From positions 1 to 64,000 of the forward strand of contig MNCI01003361.1 of assembly GCA_015680685.1 (NCBI GenBank): 64,000 nt of DNA. The letters are read 5' to 3'. Below, piece by piece: positions 62,721 to 64,000 of the stretch (position 1 is the stretch's first letter; each line of letters starts with the position of its first letter). The translations under genes and the position numbers were made by a program. The notes beneath the pieces are model-generated. The model was given only the letters and a program-made list of their open reading frames with translations, was not told the DNA's origin and ran no database searches. The stretch comes from Gnetum montanum. Taxonomy: Eukaryota > Plantae > Gnetophyta.

Positions 62721-64000
62721 TAATTAAAACCCATTGTAATCCCTTGAGGGACAAGTGCAACACTCACACGCGAAAAAGAAAAATAAAATACACATTTATA
62801 TTACAATCCCTTATAGGACAAGTGCAACGTGAAAATAAAACACAAAAGAAACCTATGTTGCAATCCCTTATGAGACAAGTACAACACTAATACATGAAAG
62901 TGATAAAATCTCTTCAATCATACCCTTGATGACCCAACACCATTATCTATAACTATGACCTTCTCATACAAGGTAGAATCATCTAAAAGCTCAACATAAC
63001 TATGCTAATCTATCTAAAAATATTAATTTAATTATAATTTCTACATTTAATAAATAACTTCATTATTTAACTATCATCTTTAAGGTTCAATAAAATAAAA
63101 TTAGAAAATTTAAAGAAATCAAAATGAGCTTTATTGATAATTCAAAATGAGCTTTAAGTATCATCTTTTAGGTTTGTAACTGAAGTGGTTTGGCAACATA
63201 TCACATATGATAGCATGCAAAGTGTGGTGTGGTACTAGGTACGGTAATGCATCACATGTGAAACCTCACTAGGTGAGGCAATGCACAAGGTAAGGTAGCA
63301 TACCAAGTATACATCCACAGACTTTTGAAACAAGCCCAAACTATAGATTTAAGTACACACAAATAAACCCATGCATTCAAGCTTACACAGAGATGCAAAA
63401 TTACCACTGGCTATCTCATCAATTGCAAATTTGATGGTTTATGTCTAACATAGTACAAATTCCTAATTATGGTAAATTAAATGTGTCTAATAAGAAACAA
63501 ATATAATTCACATTTAATTTCTTAAGTACCCACGAACAATTATAGGGGTCATTATATAAGGGCATAAAGGGGAGAACCAACTTATAGACCTTCTATATAT
63601 CATATCTAACAACCAACTCCACGTCATTTTGTTCATCTCAAGCTATTATTCNCTGCAATTTTCATTATAGCACAACTTCTAAATGTCCTAACTTTGTACC
63701 AACTAATCTAATTTCACCCATTTTTAATTCTTTGAACTCCCAAAGCTGAGCTCTTTGTCATAAGGGAAATGCTACACATCAAATCTTAAAGATTTTTGAG
63801 GTAAGATTTTGTCATTTAAAAAAATGCCAAATGATAATTTTGCCAAGAAAATAACAATAATGATTTGCTTTTATTATTTTGTAATTTTTCTAATAATTAA
63901 CAACTAAAATAATAACTAAACCCATCACATTCTCTCCTAATCTACACACGTATTAGAATCTACAACTTTGGGAAAAGTTTGATGGATTTTTTTCTTTATT

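Larger units (their letters stand above)
46856..63421 (-). mobile_element. Old non-autonomous Athila-like LTR element C (gag plus decayed protease), host of B and the RTE
   Basis: Homologous LTRs at 46856-47950 and 60538-63421; TSD attac (46851-46855) / attgc (63422-63426); decayed PBS (reverse complement tggcaccattgcgaagg, 60520-60536); PPT-like ttccctcatg at 47951; Gag SRIKNIDMTNIFTF..DDP..AKI*YQALP..SW (59600-59900) homologous to A/B. Confidence 0.82.
60538..63421 (-). repeat. 5' LTR of element C, split by the RTE
   Basis: tgatagggc...gagaccacaagagg...caccaaagatgat and ...catgcattcaagcttac...tctcatca are shared with 46856-47950. Confidence 0.8.

Overview
AT-rich plant-type heterochromatic window built almost entirely from decayed, nested retrotransposons. 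I found no intact host gene, RNA gene or CRISPR array, and there are two assembly gaps (32495-32750, 56546-56589). Left nest: a plus-strand Copia (14953-24251) was hit by a chromodomain-bearing Gypsy (742-14952), which was hit by a complete minus-strand Copia (1280-12385, TSD CTATA), which was hit by a near full-length L1 LINE (2759-8738, 15-bp TSD). Right nest: an Athila-like pol remnant holds an old gag-only LTR element C (46856-63421), which holds a younger gag-protease-only element B (49722-56644) and an RTE LINE. A sister of B (element A, 34926-41176) has its 3' LTR collapsed to a 30-bp palindrome yet keeps a perfect TSD. The most striking signal is not in the ORF track. Three diverged ~1-kb non-LTR insertions (17285-18260 minus, 25091-26149 minus with a 14-bp TSD, ~28482-29661 plus) have L1-type 3' ends. 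Each encodes a decayed coiled-coil followed by a DnaJ/Hsp40 J-domain whose consensus rebuilds the HPD motif. This suggests a LINE family, or a LINE-mobilised family, carrying an Hsp70 co-chaperone module. All calls come from manual reading and translation; no database search was run.
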